Notes under the pieces: model-generated
Told to the model about the DNA's origin: nothing
Seen by the model: only the letters and a program-made list of their open reading frames with translations
Database searches by the model: none
Translations under genes and position numbers: made by a program
Shown: positions 1 through 14,149 of the stretch, piece by piece
Position numbering within the stretch: the first letter of the stretch is position 1
How the letters are laid out: every line of letters starts with the position of its first letter
NCBI GenBank assembly: GCA_951406725.2
Contig: OX597828.1
Location: 29,636,001-29,700,000, forward strand
DNA from: Octopus vulgaris
Taxonomy: Eukaryota
DNA length: 64,000 nt
Direction of reading: 5' to 3'

Positions 1-118
1 TGTAGAAGAGCGTAGGCTCGAAACGTAAAAGTCTTTTTCAATTCCTGAGCGTTATACTAATACATCTGTTTGTTTTCTACAACACTTGTCTTCGTCTTTT
101 GTTCTTTTCGTGAATTCT

Positions 119-121
<3 letters not shown>
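1..121 (+). mobile_element. Probable PLE-type terminal repeat remnant, starting inside a hammerhead-like motif and ending in (TA)n
   Basis: TGTAGA-A-GAGC-gtag-GCTC-GAA-ACGT-A at 1-27 has the same stem II and palindromic stem III layout as the motif at 7759-7793. Its 5' part lies outside the window. Confidence 0.5.
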
Positions 122-164
<43 letters not shown>

Positions 165-728
165 TACCTTAAATGATATATACATATCTATTTTGTATGA
201 TATATTCGAGATTCCGATTTTCTGTTTAATGTCATCGTTTACAGCGATATTTTTGTCATAGCTCCGGCTTAATTTTTTGCATTATATATGAAAAACCTTT
301 CAATGACAAATAATTCATTTTCAGAAGACTTTAAGATGTGCTCCTATATCGCACGTTTATACCTACGATCTATGCACGCATATATAGAATCACGTATATA
401 TGAGTACTCGCATGCACGTATACACACATAACTGAAACAAAATAATATTGATATATTGTAACTTCAACTAATTTAATTATAAAGACAACGTGAAAGAAAT
501 GTCTCATTACAATTCTTCATTTGTTTTAATATTTTTATTTCTTTTAATTTGTGTATTTATTTATGTTTTAGATTAGGTCACGAATCAAGATGTCTTTAAA
601 ACACAAGCTGCATAAACAGAAGCAAAAGAGCCGAGAAAAAGACAAACATTATTTCTGAATTTTTATAAAAAGCGATCGATATTACTTCAAATTCATACAC
701 ACATTCACTCATATATGTATGTGTGCGC

Positions 729-759
<31 letters not shown>

Positions 760-1047
760 TACGCATGTTTGCGTATGCAAATATAATGAGAAAAGCATGC
801 AGTAATTTACACATATGCACGCGCTCACGCATATATATATACAGAGACACACATATTATCTAAACACACAAGTGCGCCATGCGTAGATGTATGCATAATT
901 TTTTTTTTACACATTGTCGCAGTCATGAACAATTGTATACCAGAAACACACTGACATATACTCGCACGTGAATACACAGCACATGCTCATGCACATGCGC
1001 ATACATATGGAGACAGAGAGAGAAAGAGATAGATAGAGATAGAGAGA

Positions 1048-1111
<64 letters not shown>

Positions 1112-1416
1112 AAATTGGCAAACTATCAGAAAACAGATTAACTTATAAATAGATGACGGTTACAAATGCAATTCAATTAACGTTTAATATTTGAAATATT
1201 TCTTTTCGTTGTAAATTAAATGAATTTAATAGAATATGTAAATTACTTTTAAAGTGTTATGAATGTAATGTGTTTAAAATGGCGGAAAATGATAAGAAAA
1301 CAGAATTAAACAAACAGCAATAAATGAAAACAAAAGCCAAAAAAAATAAGCTACACAAATAAGCTAATTTCCTCTAGAAATAATGAATATTTAATGAAAA
1401 TGAATATTATTATTAT

Positions 1417-1448
<32 letters not shown>

Positions 1449-1868
1449 TAACTATCGCTAGTGCTATTGCTGTTATCGTCATCCTCATCATCACCGCCAC
1501 CACTACCACCATCACCACCATCATCATGATTATTATTATTATTATTATTATTTATTATTACAAATGCTACTATTATTATTTAATGTAATTATAGTAAAGC
1601 GCGTTATGATATATAGTTAGGTTCCTTTCCGCATTGTGTTCAGATCACGCTACAGCTCGTTGTTTTTCTTTCTTAAATTCCCTAAAATATTTATCTGTGA
1701 CATATTGAAGTCATTGATATCGATTAAAAACATTCACCAGATTTCAGAACTCGTTCCCAGATTATGCTAAAATGAATCATCTTGCAACTCTGTACGTGTC
1801 CCAATTAAAATCCTGCCGATGATCAGCATTGAAATTGAACTCAACCGGGATCAAGAGAATTGCTGCAT

Positions 1869-2100
1869 TAAGGCGGCGAACTGGCAGAAACGTTAGCACG
1901 CCGGGAGAAATGCTGAGAGGTATTCCGTCTGCCGTTACGTTCTGAGTTCAAATTCTGCCGAGGTCGACTTTGCCTTTCATCCTTTCGGGGTCGATAAATA
2001 AAGCACCAGTTTCGCACTGGGGTCGATGTAATCGACTTAATCCCTTTGTCTGTCCTTGTTTGTCCCCTCTGTGTTTAGTCCCTGTGGGTAGTAAAGAAAT
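1869..2100 (+). mobile_element. tRNA-derived SINE with Meta-like core, full length, with 14-bp TSD
   Basis: A-box-like TGGCAGAAACG, B-box GAGTTCAAATTC and core GACTTTGCCTTTCATCCTTTCGGGGTCGATAAA. Flanked by GAGAATTGCTGCAT at 1855-1868 and 2101-2114. Confidence 0.9.
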
Positions 2101-2225
2101 GAGAATTGCTGCATCAATCCGGCTCTGTGGTTGAGTGCATCGACTAATGACTCTCCTTAAATAACCGATTTTGTGTCAAAATTGGAAGCTACCCAGACGG
2201 TGAGATGGTACAATATATTTCTTTA

Positions 2226-2640
2226 AGGCGGCGAGCTGGCAGAATCGTTAGCACGCCGGGCGAAATGCTTAGCGGTATTTCGGCTGCGTTACGTTGTGAG
2301 TTCAAATTCCGCCGAGGTCGACTTTGCCTTTCATCCTTTCGGGGTCGATAAATTAAGTACCAATTACGCACTGGGGTCGATGTAATCGACTTAATACCTA
2401 TGTCTGTCCTTGTTTGTCCTCTTTGTGTTTAGCCCCTTGTGAGTAATAAAGAAATAGGTATTTCGGCTGCCGTTACGTTGTGACTTCAAATTCCGCTGAG
2501 GTCGACTTTGCCTTTCATTCTTTCGGGGTCGATTAAATAAGTACCAGTTACGCACTGGGGTCGATGTAATCGACTTAATACCTATGTCTGTCCATGTTTG
2601 TCCCCTCTATGTTTAGCCCCTTGTGGGTAATAAAGAAATA
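2226..2640 (+). mobile_element. SINE dimer (full unit plus 5'-truncated unit), same family
   Basis: Two tandem cores joined at 2456/2457. TSD GGTACAATATATTTCTTTA at 2207-2225 and 2641-2659. Confidence 0.9.
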
Positions 2641-2649
2641 GGTACAATA

Positions 2650-3228
2650 TATTTCTTTATTGCCCCCAGGGGGCTTAACATAGAGGGGACAAACAAGGAC
2701 AGAGCAGTGCGTAACTGGTACTTATTTAATCGACCCCGAAAGGATGAATGGCAAAGTCGACCTCCGTGGAATTTGAACTTAGAACGTAACGGCAGACGTA
2801 ATACCTATTTCTTTACCACCCACAAGGAGCTAAACACAGAGAGGATAAACAAGGACAGACAAACGGATTAAGTCGATTATATCGACCGCAGTACGTAACT
2901 GGTACTTATTTAATCGACCCCGAAAGGATGAATAGCAAAGTCGACCTCCGTGGAATTTGAACTCAGAACGTAACGGCAGACGAAATACCTATTTCTATTC
3001 CTTTATTACCCACAAGGGGCTAAACACAGAGGGGGACAAACAAGGACAGACATAGGTATTAAGTCGATTACATCGACGCCAGTGCGTAACTGGTACTTAA
3101 TTTATCGACCCCGAAAGGATGAAAGGCAAAGTCGACCTCGGTGCAATTTGAACTCAGAACGTAACGGCAGACGAAATACCGCTAAGCATTTTGCCCGGCG
3201 TGCTAACGGTTCTGCCAGCTCACCGCCC
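2650..3228 (-). mobile_element. SINE trimer, same family, opposite orientation
   Basis: Three reverse-complement cores (CGACCCCGAAAGGATGAA..GCAAAGTCGACCTC), head at about 3228, junctions at 2805/2806 and 2989/2990. Confidence 0.9.
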
Positions 3229-5689
3229 TCGCGCGATGATACAATAGTTACTGCGCCGGACAGAACTCTTAACAGCATTTCTTCTACCTTTATACGGTCT
3301 GAATTCATGTACTCCTAATATCACAAAATTTGATATTGTTCTTCAATCTTTCTGGGTCGATGAAAACATGTACCATTTGAGCACCTGGGGTCAATATAAT
3401 CAACTAATACTCTGTCCTTAGATATTTCTGGCCTTGTGCCAAAGTTACTATTTTTATTGATGTTGTGGTGGTGTCGGCGATGATTCAGTAAAACGTTGCT
3501 TCTTGTTGTTCGTATGTTTGATCACTTGTTTATATTTTCAGAAGTTGTTGTTGAAATTCTTTTATATAACTTTTGTTTAAGCCAACTACTATACGTAGGG
3601 CTGGATGGCTTTTATTTTTTCACTCCTTTGAGTCTCAGATTTGTTAGAAATTTTTAAAATTTTGTTTTGAAAAGTCGGTATTCACAGTCAGCAAAGTGAA
3701 GGTGGGGAGATTAGAGGTGATGCGCAATTACAGGTATAGAACGTCTCACTGATCCTCTCCTTCCGCCTCTTCATGGAAGGGAAGGAAGTGGTTTTCAAGT
3801 GTTTAAAGTTCAAAGTTGTAATAATTGCAACGCTGCTATTGCGGTAAACAATAAGCTGCAGTAACAACAACAACAACAACTACAACATTACATTAACTTA
3901 GAAGTGGATGAAGAAACTTCATCGATGAAGGCTCAAAGGTAAAAAAAATTGCATCACTGATGTAGTGGCAAACGAAAGAGTCAGTAAAACCAAAAACAAT
4001 TGCAACGAACAGAAAAGCAATAAAAATATCACAGACAGCAGCGGCAGCGACAGCAGCAGTAATGTCAGCAAAGGCACAAAAGTAGACAACGAATATAGTG
4101 ACAAAGGTAGCAGCAATAACAGCAGAGACAGCAGCAGCAGCAGCAGAGACAGTGACCTCAGCAGTGACAGCAGCAACAAGGCGAGCAATAAGGCTGTCGC
4201 AACAACATTGCAACACGACCAACAGTAACAACAACAAAACCGATAGCAAGGCTTTATGCGATGCAATAGAATTTACAAGGGAACTGTACACAGACTCTCT
4301 TTATATGATCAACGGATGATTTAGGAAAATTGAGGGGAGAAGGGTAGAGTTTGGACCCCCTCTCGAAACTGAAACTGTAAGTGTTCTGAAGGCTGTCTGT
4401 TATGTATCACTGCATAGGTTTCCCAACTCCTCGCTTGGAGAAGGTCATGGACGTGCATGTAGAATGAGCTCTCTGCGGTGTATGCAGAACATTGGAGGTA
4501 TATCCTGGACAAAGCAGTCCGGTGATTTCGACGTCCTATTTAAGACTGCGGATCTCGCAGTACAACATTTGGAAGTCCCCGCTGCAGTGAGGACACTGGT
4601 CTCCTCCCATTCATTTGGGAAGATGGGCAGTTAAGTCAAATACTCCTCAATCCCACCAGAGCTAGATCTCTGGTGTTCACTGGCATGTATAGTATTGGAC
4701 GTAAGCGAAACACTACTGGATAAGAAGAGAAGAAGGCAGGAGGATTTCTTTGGAACCACACTAGGAAATTTTTTGCATTGTAAAACCTGCGCAGAGTGAA
4801 AGGGTGCCATATGTCAACGCACTGTCAAATGGTGCAGAACTAAGAGCAATTGGGAACTATAGATGGCCGCATTGTCATGTCTTTGTTTTATCTTTGTTTT
4901 ATCTTTTACTTGTTTAAGTCCCTAAACTGCGGCCATGCTAGGGCATCGCCTAGAAAATGTTAGAAGAAAGTATCAATGCTAGTACGTATTTTATTTTAAG
5001 CCTGATACTTAATACAAGAATATTTCCATTTTGAATAACAACGTCAAGATCAACAGCAACAACAATAAAAATGATACATTCGCAGCAACGGCTGCAAAGT
5101 ACACAGTGCTATATTAACGAAAGCTGGGGAGGACATTGCCATACCTCACCAAAGTGTTGGCAGAAACACAAGAAAGACATTATTTACAAATGTGCGTCTA
5201 TAAGCACAAAGCATTCGGAGATAACTAGTCAGTCGGATATGGAAGGTACACTGAAAGAGATAATATCCGACATTCAGCATATTTCAAGAGAAAAACCATT
5301 TTAAGGGCATTTCAGTGCTCTTCAAGTCTGAAACTCTGGCTTCCAAATACTCCGTGGCATCCTGTCGAAGTAAAAGATATGTGCTCCACCCACGGTGTTT
5401 AAGAAAGGGAACGGTGCGCATAAAGATCTCAGGAGTTCTCTCGGAGTTGAATTATGATGAATTTTAGCGTATCTTATGAAAGCGAGAAATAGCCTCCTGA
5501 GGTGAAACGGATCCTTCGTGAAAATTGGTCTAGAATCAGTGTGAAGGTGCTACTCCACATTAAACCAGACACGATTCATAAGATCTCAAAGCTCATTGGC
5601 CTTCCAGGAAGAGAAGAGCTACAAGTTACTGTTGAAGATAGTCACTCGAAACACCTTTTACTTGTTATCTGGTATCAACTTTTTATCTG

Positions 5690-6720
5690 TACACTCTCCA
5701 TTTCTTTCTTTCTAGAATCTATTCTGATTTACTCTGAGTAACCTATTCTGGTGGTAACCCTTCATTCTTTGGTCGTATCTTACCATCTTTGCTTTCTATG
5801 CAACGAGGCGCTGCTTCAGTTCCTCCACTACTACGTTCAGGCCCTTTCTTTCAATATTATACTTCCTTTTCAGCGCCCTGTATTTTTGTTCGCTTGACAA
5901 CGACAACCACATTTTCTGCTACAAAAATACTTGCTGCCCTGATCAAATTATTTGTTTCTGCGATGTTGTTTGTTCTGATGTATTTAAGAATGTCATTGGC
6001 GTTTTTCGTTTCTTGATTCAATTTCCATCGATCACCCTTTGCAAATAACGTCGCTATCGTTCTCTTGTAGTCTTGCCTTTATTCTGTCGTAGATTGCCTT
6101 TTGTTCATCTGTCATGTCGCTATTAGTTTTATCGTCTTCTTTTAGATCATCTATAAGTCTCTCATCAAGTAAACTACCACTGCTTCTTTCCTGTGCTATG
6201 AGATTACTCTCATTAGTAAGAACTGTATTTTCATTGTTATCTCTGCTGCTATTGTCTAACCCGTCTTTTGATAGTTTCGAGCTCTACTTCTCTGAACGAA
6301 CAAATTTTTCTTATTGCTCTAGCTTGATCACATAGTTTCTGTTCCATGAGTTGAAACAATCCCTTTTCTCTCCAATCATCATACATACGTTGTCGGTAAC
6401 CCCTAATTTGAGCACCATTTTCATCTACCGGTTTGCTCAGGTAGTAACACTTCAGGACCACATTTGCTTGCTCCATCTACGCCGTGTGCGGTGGTCCCTT
6501 TCTGGATATCGACAGGCTGGAGCCGGACCAAAATCTCTGAGCCTACCAGGTATAACACTGTCACCATCATTGGCTTCAGTTTCGTTACCACTATTCACAA
6601 TATTTTGTTTTTTCATTGTCATTCATATGAGGTAGCGATTATCATTTTGCTCAATTACCAGTGTTCTTAATGTAACACCATCACTAGATGTATCATTATT
6701 AACCCATAAGGGGACTCCAC
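5690..6720 (-). mobile_element. R4/Dong-clade non-LTR retrotransposon, degraded N-terminal ORF region
   Basis: Minus-strand peptides VLKCYYLSKP..IRGYRQRMYDDWREKGLF..EQKLCDQARAIRK, ETNNLIRAASIFVAE and KQRLVA*KAKMVRYDQRMKGYHQNRLL resemble the R4/Dong N-terminus. Abuts a (TAA)n tract at 6733-6817. Confidence 0.75.
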
Positions 6721-6751
6721 ACGTTTCCTTTCATTATTATTATTATTATTA

Positions 6752-6802
<51 letters not shown>

Positions 6803-7098
6803 CATCATCATCATCATGGGTATCACTGGTATTATTGTTTTTATGTGTAGTAGTAGCACCCCTTCGGTTCAGCAGAGGTCAAATGTGTTTACTACTACAA
6901 GTGGCCACTGACAGCGCCGCCTTGAAAAAAAGCAATTCAACCTGTTCTAGTCCATCGTTCTTTGGCTGGTTTTGGTATGCTTTCGTTTTTACAGTATTTA
7001 CTTTTTGACAGAACAACGCTTATTGACATGTGTTGATGTTTCTTTCGTATTTGTAATTATTATTGGTGTATAAGCGAGAGACCAATAAGAGACAGTAA

Positions 7099-7166
<68 letters not shown>

Positions 7167-7438
7167 ATATATACAGTTATTATACTATGAGCCTTCCATA
7201 GTAGCTTTCTCTCCGTAACTCGCAAAGCCTTTCGGGTAAGTATATGATAACTAAATTTTATTGAAATTGGTGGGTAAGTGTTTGGCCAATCAGATTCGCA
7301 AGGAACCATGACAGATACGATTTGTGGGTTCGATTCAGCCTGAGGTTAGCTCATCATTTTTCGGTCATTTGTTTATATTTAAAAGTTGTCGCTTTAAAAT
7401 CGGAGATTAAATATCATTATGATATATATTATATACAG

Positions 7439-7489
<51 letters not shown>

Positions 7490-7758
7490 GTGAGAGAGGT
7501 CTTCTATGGATGTATATATAATTAAAATATTAAATCCAATATCTTATTCACAAATTTGCAGTTTTCGTATAGAAATATTGCAATCCATGTGTTTACATTT
7601 TCACGCACGTGTCGTTGTGGTGGCGTATCTGAGGGAAGTTATTTTTTTATATATATATATAGTTAATCCAAACAAGAAAGCTAAAAAAACATAACAACGC
7701 GAGGACGTGGAACGAATATAGTATTATTGGACGCTCAGGAAAGAAGGAAAGAAGGAGG

Positions 7759-7793
7759 GTTTAACGTTTCGAGCGGAGCTCTTCGTCGGAAAC
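7759..7793 (-). ncRNA. Minimal type I hammerhead-like motif in a PLE-type terminal repeat (about 7660-7855)
   Basis: Reverse complement: GTTT CCGACGA A GAGC tcc GCTC GAA ACGT T AAAC. Stem I GTTT/AAAC, stem II GAGC/GCTC, palindromic stem III ACGT. Deviations: U4C and an extra A after A9. Confidence 0.65.
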
Positions 7794-8026
7794 ATGGGAG
7801 AAGGAAAGATCCAGAGAAGGGAAGATAGAGAAAAAAAAATCGCCAAAATCGCCATATATATATATACTCCAGTTTCATGAGATGGTTTACATTAGAACAT
7901 AGTTTCCTTTCATTGTTCTTGTGGATTCATAATTCCTGGTTTGTGACGGTTTCAGATTTGATCTAATCTTCACGGCAGCTCGCTGTCACATGTCCATGCT
8001 GCTTGCTATTCGCTACGGAAACCCAT

Positions 8027-8044
8027 TGTTGTTATTATTATTAA

Positions 8045-8078
<34 letters not shown>

Positions 8079-8091
8079 GTTGTTGTTGTTG

Positions 8092-8138
<47 letters not shown>

Positions 8139-8139
8139 G

Positions 8140-8171
<32 letters not shown>

Positions 8172-8284
8172 GTTATTGTTGTTGTTGTTGTTGTTGTTAT
8201 TATTATTATTATTATTGTTATTGTTGTTGTTGTTGTTGTTATTATTATTATTATTATTATTATATTATTATTATTATTATTTAT
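8027..8284. repeat. (TTA/TTG)n microsatellite
   Basis: Direct reading; source of the poly-Leu ORF. Confidence 0.98.
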
Positions 8285-8339
8285 TTCATAATATGGATAA
8301 AAATGCTGCTTTTATTGTTTTTGTTTTACTTCTATCTCT

Positions 8340-9800
8340 CAAACCTTAGACAGAATAAATCTTTCTAGTTCCAAGGACTTTTGAAGCACTTGCATGTTGG
8401 TCCTGATTCCGAAATGTTCCAGAGTTTTTGTGGATTATGCTTAATAAACTGATAACCGGTATGTTTTTCTTTTTTGGCCACTGGGAATCCTCACATGCTG
8501 CTTTTCATTCAAACTTGAAACCATATTTCAAGACATTTTCTACGTCTTTTTCTGCAATGTTTTGCTGTAATTATATGGACGAATGTTTTGCTGTGATTAT
8601 TTGGACGAATTTCCTTTGTTTTTCATGCACAATGTTATGTAGTCTCCTATGTTAAAATTATTCTGTCTGGATGTCAAAATCCCACAGAATGTTTGGTTTA
8701 CCAGGTTCGCTTAATGTCATTTCTAGTTTATGATTCTGCTGTCTGTAGTATTGTGTTCATATTTATTTACAAAATGCTCAGTGTAATTTGAAATAAACCT
8801 TGTCATGATGTTGCTTGTATTCTTTCTCAGTTAACATTTTAAAATATATTCCACTCACCGAATACATGGATGATAGCTCTTCGTTGAAGCAGTGGAGTAA
8901 ATACTATTGCACAGTGAATAAGTGTTCACGAGTCGTCGAAAAACTTTCAGTAACCGTCCTTAAGTTTTCACGCCGGTGCCACACCTAGATGAGTTATAAT
9001 TTTATCCAATTTTTGGCATCTCTGTGAAAATGTTCTTGTAAATGCATTTCTTTTTGAACTTCCTTCTTTTCCCAAATTATCTTGTTTTGGTATGCTTTCT
9101 CCTCTTCAAGTTTACTCCAAGTAAGTCCTAATTCTGAAGCAGCATGTTTTAGTAGTTTTCCAAAGCAGTTGCTTATGACTTTTGCTAGCTAACTGCATCA
9201 TCGGAGATGCTATGTTCTCTCTATTCAATATTACAGTTTATGTATTGGCGACTACATTCTTCTCTGGATAAAAGCGCTCCATGCACACTTAATGTGTTTC
9301 TCCTTTTTCTGTCTAATGTATTTATTTAACCTTTCAGGCTATTTACTATTCCTGCACTATGACGTTCGATGTCACCGCCCACGTATTGATCGCATTTATC
9401 ACAAATTCCTTGAATCAAGTTTATACTTCAAAACCAGCTTTAACATTTTCAAATTTAGTGTTTTCGATTTTTCTTTCCTTTCATTTTGCATCCTATAATC
9501 GAGTTCCTATGTGCCTAGATACTTATATCCATTGTCATCATGTCCAAAAATCAGTTCTTCCTTTAAGATTATTTCATTAGAATAAGTTCCGTTCCATCTC
9601 TTCTTGGTTAAAGTTGCACATTTCAATATACCAAACTCCATTAAAAAGTTATACCAACACACAACCTTACAAATGTCTTTATCAACCATTACTAGTTGTA
9701 GCCGATGTTGCATTTTCCAAGTGTAATTGAGACAGGTATTAGCCAGATAATAGCAGTGGGGAATAGTCAGCATGAAAGAAAGCTCTTTTACATGCTACAC
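8340..9800 (-). mobile_element. Old R4/Dong-type LINE 3' half (RT C-terminus to restriction-like endonuclease), heavily degraded
   Basis: Minus-strand peptides EYKQHHDKV and ILWDFDIQTE parallel the RHD and ILWD motifs of the better copy at 45643-46262. The 3' end faces the (TAA)n tract. Confidence 0.65.
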
Positions 9801-10026
9801 TTCCTGGTGATTTTATGTTAATATGTTCGTTTCTGGTGCATCATGCAAATACTGAGCATGCTGAGGTGGTTTTTATCTATATCACTGAGTTTTAAACATA
9901 CACAATTTTCAAACCAAAATTATGTTACGGATGCCCCCATCGACACCACATTTAGAAGATTAATATATTAGTATTATGCTTTTAAACCCAGTCGAAATTT
10001 CAGGCCTTGTGCTTATTGTAGAAAGG

Positions 10027-10027
<1 letters not shown>

Positions 10028-10103
<76 letters not shown>

Positions 10104-10107
10104 CATC

Positions 10108-10184
<77 letters not shown>
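10028..10184. repeat. (TTA)n microsatellite / LINE tail
   Basis: Direct reading. Confidence 0.98.
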
Positions 10185-10186
<2 letters not shown>

Positions 10187-10500
10187 TATGTTTGACTTTT
10201 GCTTTATATTTGTACAAGTTGGCTCCAAGTCTCACCCAGAGACCTCAAGAGACAACAGGGTTGGAAGTTCATGTTGTTGTTATGCCTAGTGTGCCATATA
10301 TTTGGGGGGTGGGGGTGTTGTACTAATGAATGTCTAAAAAAATTTTTTTTTTTTTTTTTTTTTTTAAACCGAAAATTATGTTTGTTTTAAACCTTGAGAT
10401 TACATAGAAAGTATTTTGCGTAGGATATGAGCAGTTCCCATGAGCACTATCTTTTGAATTTCTGCCATTTTGGGGTTTCCTGGTATCTGAGTTAGGTAGC
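10185..10500 (-). mobile_element. R4/Dong-type LINE 3' end (second subfamily)
   Basis: YLTQIPGNPKMAEIQKIVLMGTAHILRKILSM* followed by a 3' UTR and (TAA)n. Confidence 0.85.
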
Positions 10501-10519
10501 TATTATTATTATGCTATCA

Positions 10520-10606
<87 letters not shown>

Positions 10607-10645
10607 CATCATCATCTTCATTATTATTATTATCATTATTATTAT

Positions 10646-11250
10646 TCAGTAGTCTTATTATTCTTATCACGTGCTTTCACTGCACTACCGAGCGCAGCTA
10701 TGTGTGCCTTGGGCATGTGCTGTGGTTTGTTGTGGCGTTCTTATTTTCACTCTATTGAAAGTGCTTTACGTAGGATGTGTACGGTTCCTAGTAATGATAT
10801 TTCCTGTATGCTAAATAGATTTGTAAGTCCTGGTGTTCTGACTACGAATTTGCCTCAATGACTTTTAATCATACCCAATGTTTCTTTTTTTAGGCTCCGC
10901 ATTCGGGTTATCTCTATTTCCAGATCACTGTATTTTGAGAGTTTCTCTGTTTCACTAAATATATTGTCATTTGTTGGTATTGATACATCGATTAGAATGC
11001 ATTTTTTCTTGGTGATCTCTGACATCTATATCCGATCAATTAGCCTTGATTTCTCTATCTGTATATACTGGCATATCTCAGAGTATAGCTGCTTTCTCAT
11101 TTTCTAGGGTGTTCCTATACCATCTTTTTTCTGTTGTCATTCCATAGTGTTGGCCTAGCTTCCAGTGTATATAGGTCCCAACTCTGTCATGTCTGTGGAT
11201 ATATTCCTTCTTAGCCACGACTGGGCAGCCACAGACAATATGATTTATTG
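10646..11250 (-). mobile_element. R4/Dong-type LINE 3' fragment (endonuclease domain and 3' UTR)
   Basis: Reverse-complement homologue of 45643-46262 (KKEYIHRHDRVGTYIHWKL, LGTVHILRKALSI; shared 3' UTR GCGCTCGGTAGTG). (TAA)n tail at 10501-10645. Confidence 0.9.
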
Positions 11251-11257
11251 TTTCTCA

Positions 11258-11470
11258 GTGAGTTGGCAGAATCGTTAGCAACACCTGGAAAAATGCTAAG
11301 TGGTATTTCGTCCGTATTTACGTTCTGAGTTCAAATTCCACCGAGGTTGACTTTGCTTTTCATTTCTTCGGGGTCGGTAAATTAAGTACCAGTTAAACAC
11401 TAGTGGGTCTATGTAATCGACCAGTACCCTCCCCTAAAATTTCAGGCTGTGTGCTTATAACTGAAAGGAT
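11258..11470 (+). mobile_element. Meta-like tRNA SINE
   Basis: GAGTTGGCAGAATCGTTAGCA head, GAGTTCAAATTCC B box and conserved core. Confidence 0.85.
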
Positions 11471-12409
11471 TACCATAATCCTCATGATCATGATCATGAT
11501 CACCACCACCACCACCAAACCCACCACCAAACCCACCACCACCACCACCACCAAACCCACCACCACCACCATCCTCCTCCTCCTCCTCCTCATCATCATC
11601 ATCATCATAATCGTCGTCGTCGTCGTCATCATCATCATCGTTTTCAATATTATTATTATTATTATTATTATTATTAGTCACATTAAACTTGTACTTTTTT
11701 CGACGGAAATGTAATCAACTAGAAGAAGCTAAATGATAGCATTTGACACACGACTTATCAAGCGGCCTTGCAACTATTTAATCAGTAACTCTAACATTTC
11801 CAAATAAATGATGTACAACTTCAGTTAGTAGTTTGTTAAATTATCGATGGGAATTTTTCTGTGTAATTTTCAAACATAGGATAAACTAATTCGTAATAGC
11901 TGATTGATTGTTTTTTCTCGTTTAATCACGTTTACAGATCATTAAAGAAAAAAGAAAATGTTTTTGTGGATTTTACCAACTGCCTGACTAAATATCACTT
12001 CAGCTAGTGCAACGTCAAAAATGTGGACGTTAGATTAGTTTCTCTAAGCTATCACACATTTTGGTATTAATTAAATTTAATGTCGATAGCAGAAAATATT
12101 GGAGTTGACAGGAAACAATGTTTGCTGCATAAATTCTCACTATATGGTAACTTTCTAACAACTTTCAGAGGAAGCAACATATTTTACTATCAATGGGTGT
12201 GCGGTTTTGAAGGCTGTTTCGCGACGTAGTGTTTTCGGGGTCGACCTTTCTACGCGGTGCAATGGACAAGTCTTCTGCTGTAACAATGGATTGATCAATG
12301 ATTGGTAAGTTCTCAGTGGAATGTGATAGAAAAGTAACTGAATGGGAACTTCCAAGTATACATACATGCAAATGCACACACGTACACACACAATATATAT
12401 ACATATAGA

Positions 12410-12566
12410 TATGGCTGTGTGGTGAGAAGCTTGCTTCTCAACCACAGAGTTCCCGGTTCAGTCCCACTGCGTAGCATCTTGGGAAAGTGTCTTCTACTAT
12501 AGCCTCGGGCCGACCAAAGTCTTGTGAGTGGATTTGGTAGACGGAACCTGAAAAAAGCCCGTCGCA
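12410..12566 (+). mobile_element. CORE-like tRNA-derived SINE (second family), 5' half
   Basis: TGGCTGTGTGGT A box, GGTTCAGTCCC B box and CORE-like CTTGGGAAAGTGTCTT. Same family as 48262-48638. Confidence 0.85.
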
Positions 12567-12608
12567 TGTATGTATGAATGTATGTATGTATGTATGTATG
12601 TATGTATG

Positions 12609-12651
<43 letters not shown>

Positions 12652-12759
12652 ATATATATAATTACATACATATATATATTCGAGTGAGTGGACACGCGAA
12701 AGAATGGCACTCAACCAATTTATTGCGAGTTACATGCGTGGATCAAAACAGTTTGATTA

Positions 12760-12897
12760 TCCGTAGATACGGTGGTGGATGGATTCTCGTAGAAGAAAGC
12801 CTTCCAGCGCATGCGTTTGATGACATTTTCCGTTTTTTTGTGAGTCGCGTCAAGTAGATTTTCCTTGAAGGTATTTGGATATTCCTCAGCGAGTACG
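12760..12897 (-). mobile_element. PLE ORF N-terminal remnant
   Basis: YSLRNIQIPSRKIYLTRLT(frameshift)TENVIKRMRWKAFFYEN matches, from recall, the N-terminal motif of marine-invertebrate PLE ORFs. Confidence 0.6.
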
Positions 12898-13301
12898 GTA
12901 GTGGTTGTCTCTCCATTGCAAACTGTTGGTCAGACGTTCGTAAATGGTGCTCAACAGAGTCTGGAGAAATTGTGTACCCCGCTCAAACACAAACGTATTT
13001 GGCCACTGATATATTCGTAACAAATTGTGAACTGTTTATGATACAGCATTTGTAATGTATTTTTACATCCCTCTTTAATTATTTAATTTTTTTCACTCAT
13101 ATCTGGTGTATCACTGTGGCTTGATTTACCGGTCTTCTCTCAGAAACGCTCTGTATGACGTTGGAATTCAGAATTTGAATGTGTAGATAGAGGTTGGCAC
13201 ATTATTCTTGCCAGTCGGGACAAATGCAAGCCCTAAGTTATGTTTTTTTGTTTCTATCTATATCTACAGAAATATTATCTTAAAGAGAAGACGAATACGA
13301 C

Positions 13302-13404
13302 CTTACTTGTACTTCTTCCATGGGTACGATAAAAAATAAATGAGATACTTACTTGTACTTCTTCCATGGGTACAAGTAAGTATCTCATTTATTTTCTTAT
13401 CGTA
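13302..13404. repeat. Snap-back hairpin (about 34-bp arms) with 26-bp direct duplication
   Basis: TACGATAAAAAATAAATGAGATACTTACTTGTAC pairs with GTACAAGTAAGTATCTCATTTATTTTCTTATCGTA. CTTACTTGTACTTCTTCCATGGGTAC occurs twice. Confidence 0.9.
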
Positions 13405-13405
13405 T

Positions 13406-13467
13406 TTATCGCTGATGACGAGAAAATACTAAATGAATTAACTCAGAAATTGGGACCGATCCGATAA
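13406..13467 (+). ncRNA. Type I hammerhead ribozyme fold
   Basis: TTATCG CTGATGA cGAG(19 nt)CTCa GAA ATTG ggac CGAT C CGATAA. Perfect 6-bp stem I, canonical core, 4-bp stem III and AUC site. The 10.1-11.1 position is a C-A mismatch. Confidence 0.75.
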
Positions 13468-13607
13468 CAACAAAACATTTTAGAAATTTCTATCGGCTTG
13501 TTTTCGAGACGCGTGCTTATAGTGATAAATTATATGGTTATTGACGATTAAGTCTATTTTCGGCATATTTGGCATTGAAATTTTTTCTTTTGCCCTTGTT
13601 TATAAGT

Positions 13608-14149
<542 letters not shown>

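Noticed and set aside
3893-4319. Overlapping Ala/Ser-rich ORFs
   Set aside because: Degenerate (CAG/CAA)n low-complexity tract open in multiple frames, with no domain features.
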